From assembly GCA_965205655.1 (NCBI GenBank), contig CBDBIJ010000110.1, forward strand, positions 32,001-96,000: DNA of 64,000 nt, written 5' to 3'. Each line of letters starts with the position of its first letter. The stretch's first letter is position 1. Below are positions 43,478 through 52,640 of this stretch, in pieces. Source of the stretch: Candidatus Latescibacterota bacterium (lineage in GTDB: Bacteria > Latescibacterota > UBA2968 > UBA8231). Below the pieces are notes generated by a model, which worked only from the letters and a program-made list of their open reading frames with translations, was not told the origin of the DNA and did not search any database. A program made the translations under genes and the position numbers.

Positions 43478-44215
43478 ATGTTGCTCTGCCTCGCCCTTGC
43501 GGGCGTGTCGCTGTGGCCCCAGGCGGGCGCGACACGTGTCATTTCGGCGGTCGTCTCCAGCACCGACGACATACCACCTGCACCACCATCGCACATTCAG
43601 GCAGCGGATCGGCCAGACGACAGTGGCGGTCACGTCGTCGTGACATGGGTGCTGTCTCCTGATGACAGGATCGTGTTTGTCGCATTCGGCTCCGGCTCGG
43701 TCGTTACCGCCGCCGGTCCAGCGTCAGTCTTCCGGAGGCGGGGCATTTCGGATTACAGCATCTATCGCCTGCTCGTGGGCGGGGTTGCCACCCTCATCGG
43801 AGAAGTCGCCGCAGGCACCGACCGATTCGTCGACGGCAGCGCGCCGGACAATGTCGCGCTCCGCTATGAGGTACGTTCCTTCGATGACGCTCACGAGACA
43901 GCCCCGGAGCTGGTTCCCGGATCGCCGGAGGATCTCGCCCGTACCGCGGTGGCCCTCGACAATGCCGCTCAACCTGTAGATGAGAACGGTCTGGTGGTGC
44001 AGGGATGGTTCAACCGCACAGACAACAAAGTGGGACTGGATGATTTCTTCCTGTTTGCCGACCGCTTCGGTCGAATCGAGGGCGAGATCTCCTTCGATGC
44101 CAGATTTGACCTCGATGGGAACGCGAGAATCGATTTCGAGGACTTCTTCATTTTCAGCGACAACTTTGGCAAGACGGTGGCCAATTTCGACGAGATCTCA
44201 GGGGAGAGCGGCTGA
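43478..44215 (+). CDS. Secreted paralog: FN3-like + dockerin-like (no SEA module)
   Basis: Signal peptide from ATG 43478; DDIPPAPP; GWFNR...DFFLFADRFG...FDLDGNARIDFEDFFIFSDNFGKTVAN. Confidence 0.8.
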   Translation: MLLCLALAGVSLWPQAGATRVISAVVSSTDDIPPAPPSHIQAADRPDDSGGHVVVTWVLSPDDRIVFVAFGSGSVVTAAGPASVFRRRGISDYSIYRLLVGGVATLIGEVAAGTDRFVDGSAPDNVALRYEVRSFDDAHETAPELVPGSPEDLARTAVALDNAAQPVDENGLVVQGWFNRTDNKVGLDDFFLFADRFGRIEGEISFDARFDLDGNARIDFEDFFIFSDNFGKTVANFDEISGESG

Positions 44216-44246
44216 GGTATCGAGCCCATCCCAGGGGTGAAACCTC

Positions 44247-44275
44247 TTGACAAGCGGCGTCTTTCTCTATAGCTT
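44247..44275 (+). promoter_or_regulatory. Sigma70-type promoter for rho, implying a ~360-nt leader
   Basis: TTGACA-N17-TAGCTT. Confidence 0.55.
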
Positions 44276-44639
44276 GTTTGCGATACCTGCAAGACAGTTA
44301 TCCTCAGTCAAATCCGCAGGGTCTTCGGCGATGTCTCCCGACGGCCCGCTCGCACTTTCAACCACCACCGCCTCACTTCAGCTTTATTTCATCAGACTGG
44401 ACTCCACCGTTTAGAATAAAGAAGTACCCGACAATACATCGATGACGCACCGTCGGCTTCGTTCTCGGGAGACGATCGGGGATGTTCCCCGCCCCCGTGG
44501 TGCGAACTGATGTTGGAATTTGTTTGTAGCCGGTTTCGGGGTAGAAGATAGAGCGCCCCGCAGCGCTGGTTGGCTCTTGATTCGACCAACCACCACTTGA
44601 CGTTCCATCGCACAAAGCGCAAAGCGAAAGGTCATCCAT

Positions 44640-45908
44640 ATGCCCCCTGAGCGAACGAAGCTGAACATCGTTGACCTCCAAGCGATGAATATCCTCGATC
44701 AGCACGAGCTCGCGAAGCAGCTCGACGTACCGGAGTTCCATGCACTGCGGAAGCAGGAGCTCATCTTCGCCATCCTGAAGGCACAGACTGAGCGCAGCGG
44801 GCTTCTGTTCGCCCAGGGCGTCCTGGAGGTACTGGAGGAAGGCTTCGGCTTTCTGCGCTCACCCAGTTACAACTATCTCCCGGGACCCGACGACATCTAT
44901 GTCTCGCACTCGCAGATCAAGCGCTTCGCCCTCCGCACCGGCGATACCATATCGGGCCAGATCCGACCCCCGAAGAACGACGAGAAGTACTTCGCCCTCC
45001 TGAGAGTCGAGGCGATCAACTTCGAAGATCCTGAGGTCACAAAATCGAAAACCATCTTCGAAAACCTGACAGCGCTTCATCCCGATGAGCGCTTGGGCCT
45101 CGAACACGATCCGAAGGACATGACGACGCGCATTCTCGACCTCCTGTCCCCGATCGGGAAGGGTCAGCGGGGGTTGATCGTCGCCCCTCCCTTTACTGGC
45201 AAGACAGTTCTGCTTCAAAAAATCGCCAACGCCGTTACTCGCAACCACACTGATGTGATCGTCATCGTTCTGCTCATCGACGAGCGCCCGGAAGAAGTGA
45301 CGGATATGCTCAGGTCAGTCAATGGCGAGGTCGTGAGCTCGACCTTCGACGAGCCCGCCACCCGCCACGTGCAGGTGGCCGAGATGGTGATCGAAAAGGC
45401 GCGGCGTCTGGTCGAGCACAGGCGGGATGTGGTCGTCCTGCTGGACAGCATCACCCGACTTGCCCGGGCCTACAACACCGTCACGCCCCACAGCGGCCGT
45501 ATTCTCACCGGTGGCGTGGATTCGACGGCCTTGCAGTGGCCGAGGCGATTCTTCGCGGCTGCCCGCAATGTCGAAGAAGGCGGCAGCCTCACCATCATCG
45601 GCACCGCTCTGGTGGATACGGGCAGCCGCATGGACGAGGTCATTTTCGAGGAGTTCAAGGGAACGGGAAACATGCAGGTAACCCTCGATCGCAAACTGAG
45701 CAACCGGCGGACATACCCCGCCATCGACGTTACAGCGACGAGCACCCGCAAGGAGGAGTTGCTCATGACCGAGTACGAGCTGAACCGCTCCTATGTCCTG
45801 CGGCGCATCCTGAACCAGATGGGCATCACCGAGGGGATGGAGTTTCTCCTCGAGCGGATGCAGAGCACCAAGTCGAACGAGGAGTTTCTCAAGGTAATGA
45901 ACGAGTAG
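44640..45908 (+). CDS. rho: Transcription termination factor Rho
   Basis: [59 protein letters not shown]. Confidence 0.98.
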   Translation: MPPERTKLNIVDLQAMNILDQHELAKQLDVPEFHALRKQELIFAILKAQTERSGLLFAQGVLEVLEEGFGFLRSPSYNYLPGPDDIYVSHSQIKRFALRTGDTISGQIRPPKNDEKYFALLRVEAINFEDPEVTKSKTIFENLTALHPDERLGLEHDPKDMTTRILDLLSPIGKGQRGLIVAPPFTGKTVLLQKIANAVTRNHTDVIVIVLLIDERPEEVTDMLRSVNGEVVSSTFDEPATRHVQVAEMVIEKARRLVEHRRDVVVLLDSITRLARAYNTVTPHSGRILTGGVDSTALQWPRRFFAAARNVEEGGSLTIIGTALVDTGSRMDEVIFEEFKGTGNMQVTLDRKLSNRRTYPAIDVTATSTRKEELLMTEYELNRSYVLRRILNQMGITEGMEFLLERMQSTKSNEEFLKVMNE

Positions 45909-46037
45909 CGCCACCGGGCCCGCAGGGGCCAGCCGCAGCTCAAGTTGGCTTTTTATACGGGCTCCTAAGTTGCGTTTCCCCGTCGCGGCGTTAGATTTAC
46001 CACCCATCAGACCTCACGACCAGCAGGTGATTCGATT

Positions 46038-46439
46038 ATGAAGAACGACCTTCATCCCGACTACAGTCCGGTGGTTTTTCACGACGTGAGTAGCGATTTC
46101 AAGATACTCACGCGCTCGACGGTGACCTCGGAAGAGACCATTCAGTGGGAGGACGGCAACACCTACCCACTCGTAAGGGTCGAAATCAGTTCGGCCTCGC
46201 ATCCGTTCTACACCGGCAAACGCCAGCAAATTGCCGAGCGCGGCGGGCGCATCGAGCAGTTCAGGCGGCGCTACGGAACATCGGAGCCGGCTGCAGACAC
46301 CAGCTCCGAAAGCGCGCAAACGGATAGTGTCGAGGCGAATGCCGAATCTGTGGAGCCCGCCGCAGAGTCCGTACCATCCGAAGCGTCCGCTGCCGCGGCG
46401 GACGCTTCCGGCGACACCGAGACCTCGGCGGACAGCTAG
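46038..46439 (+). CDS. rpmE: 50S ribosomal protein L31, type B (Cys-free), with acidic C-terminal tail
   Basis: [12 protein letters not shown]...[13 protein letters not shown]...[11 protein letters not shown]. Confidence 0.93.
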   Translation: MKNDLHPDYSPVVFHDVSSDFKILTRSTVTSEETIQWEDGNTYPLVRVEISSASHPFYTGKRQQIAERGGRIEQFRRRYGTSEPAADTSSESAQTDSVEANAESVEPAAESVPSEASAAAADASGDTETSADS

Positions 46440-46455
46440 TTCTACGACGTACAAG

Positions 46456-46497
46456 TGGTAAGACCCTGCCGCGAGCAGTTGGTCTTACCATTTTTTT
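46456..46497 (+). terminator. Intrinsic terminator between rpmE and prfA
   Basis: TGGTAAGACC...GGTCTTACCA followed by T7. Confidence 0.75.
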
Positions 46498-46557
46498 GTA
46501 CCTGCCATTCGCGGTCTGCAATCGCCTCGCGACCCTACCTGGTCGCATTGGGAAATC

Positions 46558-47637
46558 GTGCTCGACAAACTCGCCGAAATCCAAAAACGCTACGAGGGTC
46601 TGAACGAGCAGCTCGCCGATCCTAAGACTGCGACGAATCCGTCCCTGTATCAGAGGTTGGCAAAGGAAGTCGGCGACCTGCGGGATATCGTGGCGAAGGC
46701 CCAGAGGTACCGTGAGTGCGTCGAACGCCGCGAAGAAGCTGAGCAGATCATCGCCGAGAAGGGGGGAGACGCTGAGCTAGTCGAGCTCGCCCATGCCGAA
46801 CTGGAGGACGTGCAGGGAGAGCTCGAGCACCTCGAAGCGGACATCCGGGTGCAGCTCATCCCGAAGGATCCCAACGATTCCCGCAACGCTATCGTCGAGA
46901 TCCGCGCCGGCGCCGGCGGGGACGAAGCGGGTCTGTTCGCCGCCGATCTCTACCGCATGTACACACGCTACGCCGAGCACCACAACCTGAAAGTGGAGGC
47001 GCTGTCCTCCAGCACCAATCCCTCAGGTGGATTCAAGGAGGTCGTCTTCATGGTGTCCGGTGGCTCGGCGTTCGGCGATCTGAAATTCGAAAGCGGCGTC
47101 CACCGGGTGCAGCGAGTTCCCAAAACAGAGGCCAGCGGCCGCATCCACACATCCGCCGCTTCGGTGGCCGTTCTGCCCGAGGCGGAAGAAGTGGAAGTCG
47201 AGATCGACGCCGAGGATCTTGAAATCGATGTGTTCCGGTCGAGTGGTCCGGGTGGGCAGAGCGTGAATACGACCGATTCGGCTGTACGCATCACCCACAA
47301 ACCCTCCGGTCTAGTCGTCAGCTGTCAGGATGAGAAGTCGCAGCTCAAGAACAAGAACAAGGCGATGAAGGTTCTGCGGGCGCGCCTCTTCGACATGTAT
47401 CAGACGGAGCAGAACGAGAAGCTTTCCCGGGAGCGGAGGCAGCAGATCGGCAGCGGCGACCGCAGCGCCAAGATCCGCACCTACAATTTTCCCCAGGGAC
47501 GGGTCACCGATCACCGCATCTCTCTGAGTCTGTACCGCCTTGAGGGAATTCTCGAGGGCGAGATCGACGAATTCGGTGCAACAATTGGCGTCCGCCCAGC
47601 AGGAGCAGGCGCTGTCCAACGCCGGGCCTGGCCCTGA
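46558..47637 (+). CDS. prfA: Peptide chain release factor 1 (C-terminus apparently frameshifted)
   Basis: [19 protein letters not shown] (PxT motif), [30 protein letters not shown]. Confidence 0.96.
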   Translation: MLDKLAEIQKRYEGLNEQLADPKTATNPSLYQRLAKEVGDLRDIVAKAQRYRECVERREEAEQIIAEKGGDAELVELAHAELEDVQGELEHLEADIRVQLIPKDPNDSRNAIVEIRAGAGGDEAGLFAADLYRMYTRYAEHHNLKVEALSSSTNPSGGFKEVVFMVSGGSAFGDLKFESGVHRVQRVPKTEASGRIHTSAASVAVLPEAEEVEVEIDAEDLEIDVFRSSGPGGQSVNTTDSAVRITHKPSGLVVSCQDEKSQLKNKNKAMKVLRARLFDMYQTEQNEKLSRERRQQIGSGDRSAKIRTYNFPQGRVTDHRISLSLYRLEGILEGEIDEFGATIGVRPAGAGAVQRRAWP

Positions 47638-47643
47638 GTCCGG

Positions 47644-48525
47644 GTGAGCAGGCACCGCAACCGCAAGCCCCCTCCTGGGACGCTCGACCTGCTCGTCGAG
47701 GCGAATAGGCTGCTCGCCTCCGCGGGGATCCGGGACTCGCAACTGGAGGCGGAGCTGCTGCTCGCCTCGGCCCTCGGAACGAGCCGAGGCGACCTCTATG
47801 TGCCGCCGGGGAAAGACCCGACGCAGGCCGAGGCGGAGAGGTTTCTCGACTTCGTCGTGCAGAGGATGGCGCGGGCACCGATCCAGTACATCACCGGTGA
47901 GGCAGCGTTCCGACACCTCGCCGTGCTCGTCGGCGACGCCGTGCTCATTCCGCGACCGGAAACGGAAATCCTGGTCGAAACAGCACTCGAGTTCCTCGGC
48001 GCTCGAAACGCGTCGACGCTGCTGGAGCCGGGCTGTGGATCTGGAGCAGTTGCCGTATCGCTGGCCTTCGAGTGCGCGTCAGCGCAAATCGTGGCCACTG
48101 ACATCGACCAGTCGGCCATCCGTATTGCGCGCGAGAATGCGAAGCGCTATGGGGTCCGGCAGCGGATCGGTTTTCTCTGCGGCGATCTGTTCGCTCCCGT
48201 CGGACGCGCGGCTCGCTTCGACGCGATCGTGTGCAATCCTCCCTATGTGCAGAGCTGCGAGCTCGCCTCTCTCGACCCGGAGATCCGCGATTACGAGCCT
48301 CACCTGGCTCTCGACGGCGGGCCGGACGGCCTCGTGTTCTTTCGTCGCATAGCCGCGGAGGCGGCGAGCCTGCTTGAGCCGGGAGGTCGCTTGCTGCTCG
48401 AGGTTGGCGATGGCCAGTCCGCAACGGTAGTTGAGCTGCTGCAGCGATCGGGTCGCTACACCGCCATCGAGGTGCGCGACGATCTGAATGGTATTGCGAG
48501 AGTGGTATCCGGCCGCCGAGACTGA
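47644..48525 (+). CDS. prmC: Release factor glutamine N5-methyltransferase
   Basis: PIQYITG, VLIPRPETE, GCGSGAVA, CNPPYV, EPHLALDGGPDG. Confidence 0.94.
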   Translation: MSRHRNRKPPPGTLDLLVEANRLLASAGIRDSQLEAELLLASALGTSRGDLYVPPGKDPTQAEAERFLDFVVQRMARAPIQYITGEAAFRHLAVLVGDAVLIPRPETEILVETALEFLGARNASTLLEPGCGSGAVAVSLAFECASAQIVATDIDQSAIRIARENAKRYGVRQRIGFLCGDLFAPVGRAARFDAIVCNPPYVQSCELASLDPEIRDYEPHLALDGGPDGLVFFRRIAAEAASLLEPGGRLLLEVGDGQSATVVELLQRSGRYTAIEVRDDLNGIARVVSGRRD

Positions 48526-48804
48526 CCGGCAGTCCCTCTTGTCGCGGTTTGACTACAGTTCCGTCACCAATTCGCACACCGATACATCCCTTCACCGGCC
48601 TCTCGCCTTCAGCACAGGCAGACGTAACTATCAATTATATCAGCTGATTGGGCCGCAGTAGCTCGGGGCTCCGATTGGCGTGGTACGATCGTTGTTTCTG
48701 CTCTCTGCGAGCGACCGCAATGAGGCGATTGCTCGGGCAGCTTGGCGACGGCTGCGCGGACTTCGATTCGACCCCAGGCGGGGTTCGGGTGTGCGAAAAC
48801 TTAC

Positions 48805-48843
48805 TTGACGACTGCACATAAAAATACTATCTTTTTGTGCAGT
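48805..48843 (+). promoter_or_regulatory. recA promoter overlapped by a palindrome
   Basis: TTGACG-N17-TATCTT; ACTGCACA(48811-48818)-N17-TGTGCAGT(48836-48843). Confidence 0.55.
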
Positions 48844-48974
48844 TATCAGGGTCGTGAATCCCCAGAGGAAGTTTCCGACAGCCGTCGCGGCTGCCTCTCC
48901 CATTCAACAGCACGACGACTCCCACAGATGGCGATTGCCGATCAGATGGGGGCGATACGAGGAGGAATTCGAGT

Positions 48975-50177
48975 ATGGTATCGGCAAAAATCGATGCACG
49001 CGGCAACGGCAAGGACAAGGAGAAGGCAGTCGAGGAGGCCCTTGCCCAGGTAGAGAAACAATTCGGCAAGGGTGCCATCATGCGGCTCGGGGAATCTTGT
49101 GTGGTGGAGGTGGATGCGATCCCGACGGGGTGCCTTTCCCTCGACGCAGCCCTCGGAATCGGCGGCATACCGCGTGGGCGAATCATCGAAATGTTCGGTC
49201 CCGAATCAGCCGGCAAGACGATGTGCAGTCTCCATATGGTGGCCGAGGCCCAGAAGCGGGGTGGCATAGCCGCCTTCGTCGACGCGGAGCACGCTCTCGA
49301 TGTGTCATTTGCCCGCAAGCTGGGTGTCGATGTAGAGAATCTGCTCGTCGCGCAACCGGATTCCGGGGAGGAAGCCCTAGAAATCACTGATACACTTGTC
49401 CATAGCGGGGCCCTCGATATCATCGTGATCGATTCGGTAGCAGCTCTGGTGCCTCGGGCGGAACTCGAGGGTGAGATGGGCGACGCCCAGATGGGTCTTC
49501 AGGCTCGCCTCATGTCGCAGGCGATGCGCAAGCTGACCGGATCGATTCAGAAATCGAGAACGACCGTCATTTTCATAAATCAGCTGCGCATGAAGATCGG
49601 CGTCGTGTTCGGCAATCCCGAAACCACCACCGGAGGACGAGCTCTGTGTTTCTACGCCTCGGTGCGACTGGACATTCGCAGCATCGGCAACATCAAGGAT
49701 GGCGATGAGGTGATCGGGCGTCGAACGAGGATCAAAGTGGTCAAGAACAAGGTGGCCCCACCATTCAAAGAGGCGGAGTTCGACGTTCTCTTTCGGGGGG
49801 ACGATGCGGGAATTTCCAGGGAAGGCGACCTGCTCGATCTCGGCGTAAACAACCGGATCATCGACAAGAGCGGCACCTGGTTTTCCTACGGCAGCGAGCG
49901 CATCGGGCAGGGACGAGAGAACGCACGTCTCTATTTGCGGGAGAATCCGGAAGTCGCCCAAAGCATCGAGACGGCAGTGCGCGAAGCCCTCAACATATCT
50001 GTCACCCCGCCAACGGCAGGGTCTACGCCAACGGCGGGGCCCGAACCCTCGAAGACGAATCCCGATGCGACTTCGATGGCGGGCAATGGCGAAAACGCTG
50101 CAACCAAGGCGACTCAGCAGAAAGCCGGCTCTCGCCGATCGGCGACCAGGAAAGAGACCGCACTAGCTAAAAACTGA
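48975..50177 (+). CDS. recA: Recombinase RecA
   Basis: [61 protein letters not shown]. Confidence 0.98.
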   Translation: MVSAKIDARGNGKDKEKAVEEALAQVEKQFGKGAIMRLGESCVVEVDAIPTGCLSLDAALGIGGIPRGRIIEMFGPESAGKTMCSLHMVAEAQKRGGIAAFVDAEHALDVSFARKLGVDVENLLVAQPDSGEEALEITDTLVHSGALDIIVIDSVAALVPRAELEGEMGDAQMGLQARLMSQAMRKLTGSIQKSRTTVIFINQLRMKIGVVFGNPETTTGGRALCFYASVRLDIRSIGNIKDGDEVIGRRTRIKVVKNKVAPPFKEAEFDVLFRGDDAGISREGDLLDLGVNNRIIDKSGTWFSYGSERIGQGRENARLYLRENPEVAQSIETAVREALNISVTPPTAGSTPTAGPEPSKTNPDATSMAGNGENAATKATQQKAGSRRSATRKETALAKN

Positions 50178-50254
50178 CCTTCCTCACCCCACATTCTCTC
50201 TCCCCTCTCCTTGCGAGGCGGCCGGCAACGGCCGATCCGGGCTCGCAAAAACAA

Positions 50255-50291
50255 GGGCTGCTCCGACAACGGGAGCGGCCCTTCACTTTTT
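50255..50291 (+). terminator. Terminator after recA
   Basis: GGGCTGCTCC...GGAGCGGCCC followed by TTCACTTTTT. Confidence 0.55.
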
Positions 50292-50333
50292 AGCGCTCGG
50301 TGGATCAATTAGATTAGGGACCGAGGCAGATCA

Positions 50334-50669
50334 ATGGATCCACGTTGGGTTATCAAGAAGGACGAGTGGTCGGAGGAGAGCGCCAACGCGCTCCAATTCT
50401 TCGAAGAGCTGTGGATCCTCTTTACCGTTGAGGAGCTCCTCAGACGCTTCCCCGTCATCCTGGAGTACTACCTCAGAAACGACATCCAGAAACGCGTCGA
50501 CAGCTCGGCGTTACACACGAGCCAGGCGGATTTTCACATCGAGACCATCGTCAACTACCTGGAGACCTCCGCCGAGGGGGTCTTCGTCCTCAAGCGTCAC
50601 CTGACACCGGACATGGTGAAGGACCGAATCATTCTCCTCAGAGCGTTCGAAAACACAGCTGCAGAATGA
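50334..50669 (+). CDS. Hypothetical protein (111 aa)
   Basis: Clean ATG ORF with GC-rich third positions and RBS-like GAGG; no family recognised. Confidence 0.65.
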   Translation: MDPRWVIKKDEWSEESANALQFFEELWILFTVEELLRRFPVILEYYLRNDIQKRVDSSALHTSQADFHIETIVNYLETSAEGVFVLKRHLTPDMVKDRIILLRAFENTAAE

Positions 50670-50835
50670 CTAGAGAGCGATCGGCTAGATAGACCCATGG
50701 CCCGGCTCTCATGGTCCCCCCCTTCCTTAGCTGCCTGCCTTTTTCCTCTTCGGATCCTGCCCCCTCCTGTTGAACGCAGCCGCGGCGGCCCGTTCGGACT
50801 CGAGTAAAGTCTGGTCCGGCAAGCGGTTGCCCAAA

Positions 50836-50874
50836 TAAAAGAAAGCGCCTGCGGGGAGCGCAGGCGCTTTCTTC
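50836..50874. terminator. Bidirectional terminator
   Basis: AAGAAAGCGCCTGCG-N5-CGCAGGCGCTTTCTT between convergent genes. Confidence 0.8.
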
Positions 50875-50895
50875 TGCTTCAGCGTGACCGAGTTA

Positions 50896-51327
50896 TTAGC
50901 TGGCAATTACCGCGATCTGCTTGGTCCTGGCGTTCTCGGCCTTTGGCAGCGTCACGTTCAGCACGCCATCACCGTAGGAGGCCGAAATCGCCCCGGCCTC
51001 CACCAGGCCGGGGAGCTGAAAGCTTCTGGTGAAGGCGCCGTAGGATCGCTCGACGCGGCGCAGGTGCTTCTCTTCCGTCTCGCTTTCCCGTTTCTTTTCA
51101 CCGGCGATCGTGAGAGATCCGTCGGCGACGGTAACGCTCACTTCCTCCGGTTTCAGGCCGGGTAGCTCCGCGGAAACGACGATCTCCTCATCGGTTTCCG
51201 AGACATCGACGGAGGGCGCCCAAGCGGTCTGAAAACGCTTCCCGGATGTCGGCGCGCCCCAGAAACTGTCGAGGACGCGGCTCAGGTCGAAGACCTCGTT
51301 TGGGGGTTGCCAGCGAATGAGTGCCAT
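50896..51327 (-). CDS. Hsp20/alpha-crystallin small heat-shock protein
   Basis: WAPSVDVSET, AELPGL, ERSYGAFTRSFQLP, ASYGDGVLNVTLPK; RBS AAGGAG. Confidence 0.93.
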   Translation of the reverse strand: MALIRWQPPNEVFDLSRVLDSFWGAPTSGKRFQTAWAPSVDVSETDEEIVVSAELPGLKPEEVSVTVADGSLTIAGEKKRESETEEKHLRRVERSYGAFTRSFQLPGLVEAGAISASYGDGVLNVTLPKAENARTKQIAVIAS

Positions 51328-51389
51328 GATCGACTCCTTTCGTTTAGACGATGCGTATGGTGTTGTTGAGTGTCGATGGCGGAAGGATC

Positions 51390-51404
51390 GCAAAGGCTGT
51401 GCCA
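51390..51404 (-). promoter_or_regulatory. Sigma-54 (-24/-12) promoter for Hsp20
   Basis: TGGCAC-AGCCT-TTGC on the minus strand. Confidence 0.75.
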
Positions 51405-51961
51405 GCGCCTTTCAGAGGGACTTCCATGGTTCGGGTCCGTGCTATGACTGCCATAATGGCAGCGTTCCGTGTAGATCAACCCATGAATCGACAGCGAACT
51501 GCCATTTTGTCCTCATGGCGCGGTGACGGATTCTGGTAACATCCACACCCCACCGTTCGGGCGGGATTGATGCTGATTGAGAGGTTTGCGGGCTGGTCGC
51601 GGTCGGTCGAGTGATCAGCGTAGCCGGAGGAACGGAGGCGGCTACTCCTCTTCCTGTACAGGGCCGCGCGTGTGGGACGGATCAATTTCCCTCTCGCGGC
51701 ATCTCTCAACTGCTGTCGATGGTCGACCTCGTCCTTGAGCCCCCTTCAGATCCTGCGTCAACCTGCTATTCTTGCCAAGACTATGAAGGAGAGTCTCCAT
51801 GGCAGTCATTCTACCGAGGAGTTAGGTGAATTCCAACCCCTATTTCCTCGCAGTCAGTACTTGTACGGACACCGAAGCCGTGTTGAGAGGTCCTGATCAA
51901 ATTGCTACTTTGGGCGTTCCCGAGGCGAGGCCGTTGTCGCAGTGGTAGTCCAGGTGCGCGT

Positions 51962-52003
51962 GAGAAAGCCCCGGAAAGCGTGCATCCATTTCCAGGGCTT
52001 CTC
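51962..52003 (-). terminator. Hairpin after tRNA-Val(GAC)
   Basis: GAGAAAGCCCCGGAAA...TTTCCAGGGCTTCTC. Confidence 0.5.
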
Positions 52004-52019
52004 GTGCGGATATTAAAAA

Positions 52020-52096
52020 TGGTGGGCGATACTAGATTTGAACTAGTGACCTCCTGCATGTCAAGCAGGCACTCTAACCAACTGAGCTAATCGCCC
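52020..52096 (-). tRNA. tRNA-Val(GAC)
   Basis: GGGCGATTAGCTCAGTTGGTTAGAGTGCCTGCTTGACATGCAGG...ACCA. Confidence 0.96.
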
Positions 52097-52139
52097 GGCG
52101 CGAGAAAATCTATCCTCGCCGATGACCAGGGTCAACAGC

Positions 52140-52583
52140 GTGCGTGCATCCTTGAAGATCTCCGTCGTCTCGTATCAGAAACACGCCCGCTCCGATTGCG
52201 AAGAGGCGGCGGCCGAGTACATCAAACGAGTGAGCCCGCATGCGGAGATCGAGCTTCACTCGATTCGCAAATGGACCTCGGCGACAGGAGTGCCGGAGAA
52301 ACTGCTGCAGAGGGGACGGCTGATAGGTCTGTTCGTTGACGGAACTGCCTTTACGTCAGAAAACATGGCGCAGCGGCTGCAGGAGCTTATGAACAGCGGC
52401 CACTCCCGCCTCGTCTTCCTCATCGGGGGTGCGGAGGGTATGCCAGAAAAGGCCGCGCAGCAGGTCCATGAGCGCTGGTCGCTGTCGAAGCTCACCTTTT
52501 CACATCAGATGGCCAAACTCATTCTCCTCGAGGCTCTTTATCGCTCTTTCGATATCCTGCACGGGGGCAACTACCACAAATAG
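52140..52583 (+). CDS. rlmH: 23S rRNA pseudouridine-1915 N3-methyltransferase
   Basis: FLIGGAEG, WSLSKLTFSHQM, LEALYRSFDILHGGNYHK. Confidence 0.9.
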   Translation: MRASLKISVVSYQKHARSDCEEAAAEYIKRVSPHAEIELHSIRKWTSATGVPEKLLQRGRLIGLFVDGTAFTSENMAQRLQELMNSGHSRLVFLIGGAEGMPEKAAQQVHERWSLSKLTFSHQMAKLILLEALYRSFDILHGGNYHK

Positions 52584-52640
52584 GCGTCGAGACTGAACGG
52601 TCGCGGCGTCTGAGGCCTCACCTGCAGCAGCTGTGAGGCC

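Noticed and set aside
51780..51900. AAGGAG followed by ATG for an 8-aa peptide (MAVILPRS) near tRNA-Val(GAC)
   Set aside because: Too short with no other support; could be a decayed gene start but cannot be substantiated
33695..52096. Long identical stretches at 33695 and 52020 suggesting attL/attR of an 18-kb element
   Set aside because: Both are complete tRNA-Val isoacceptors, and the DNA between them holds core genes (dnaG, rho, prfA, recA)
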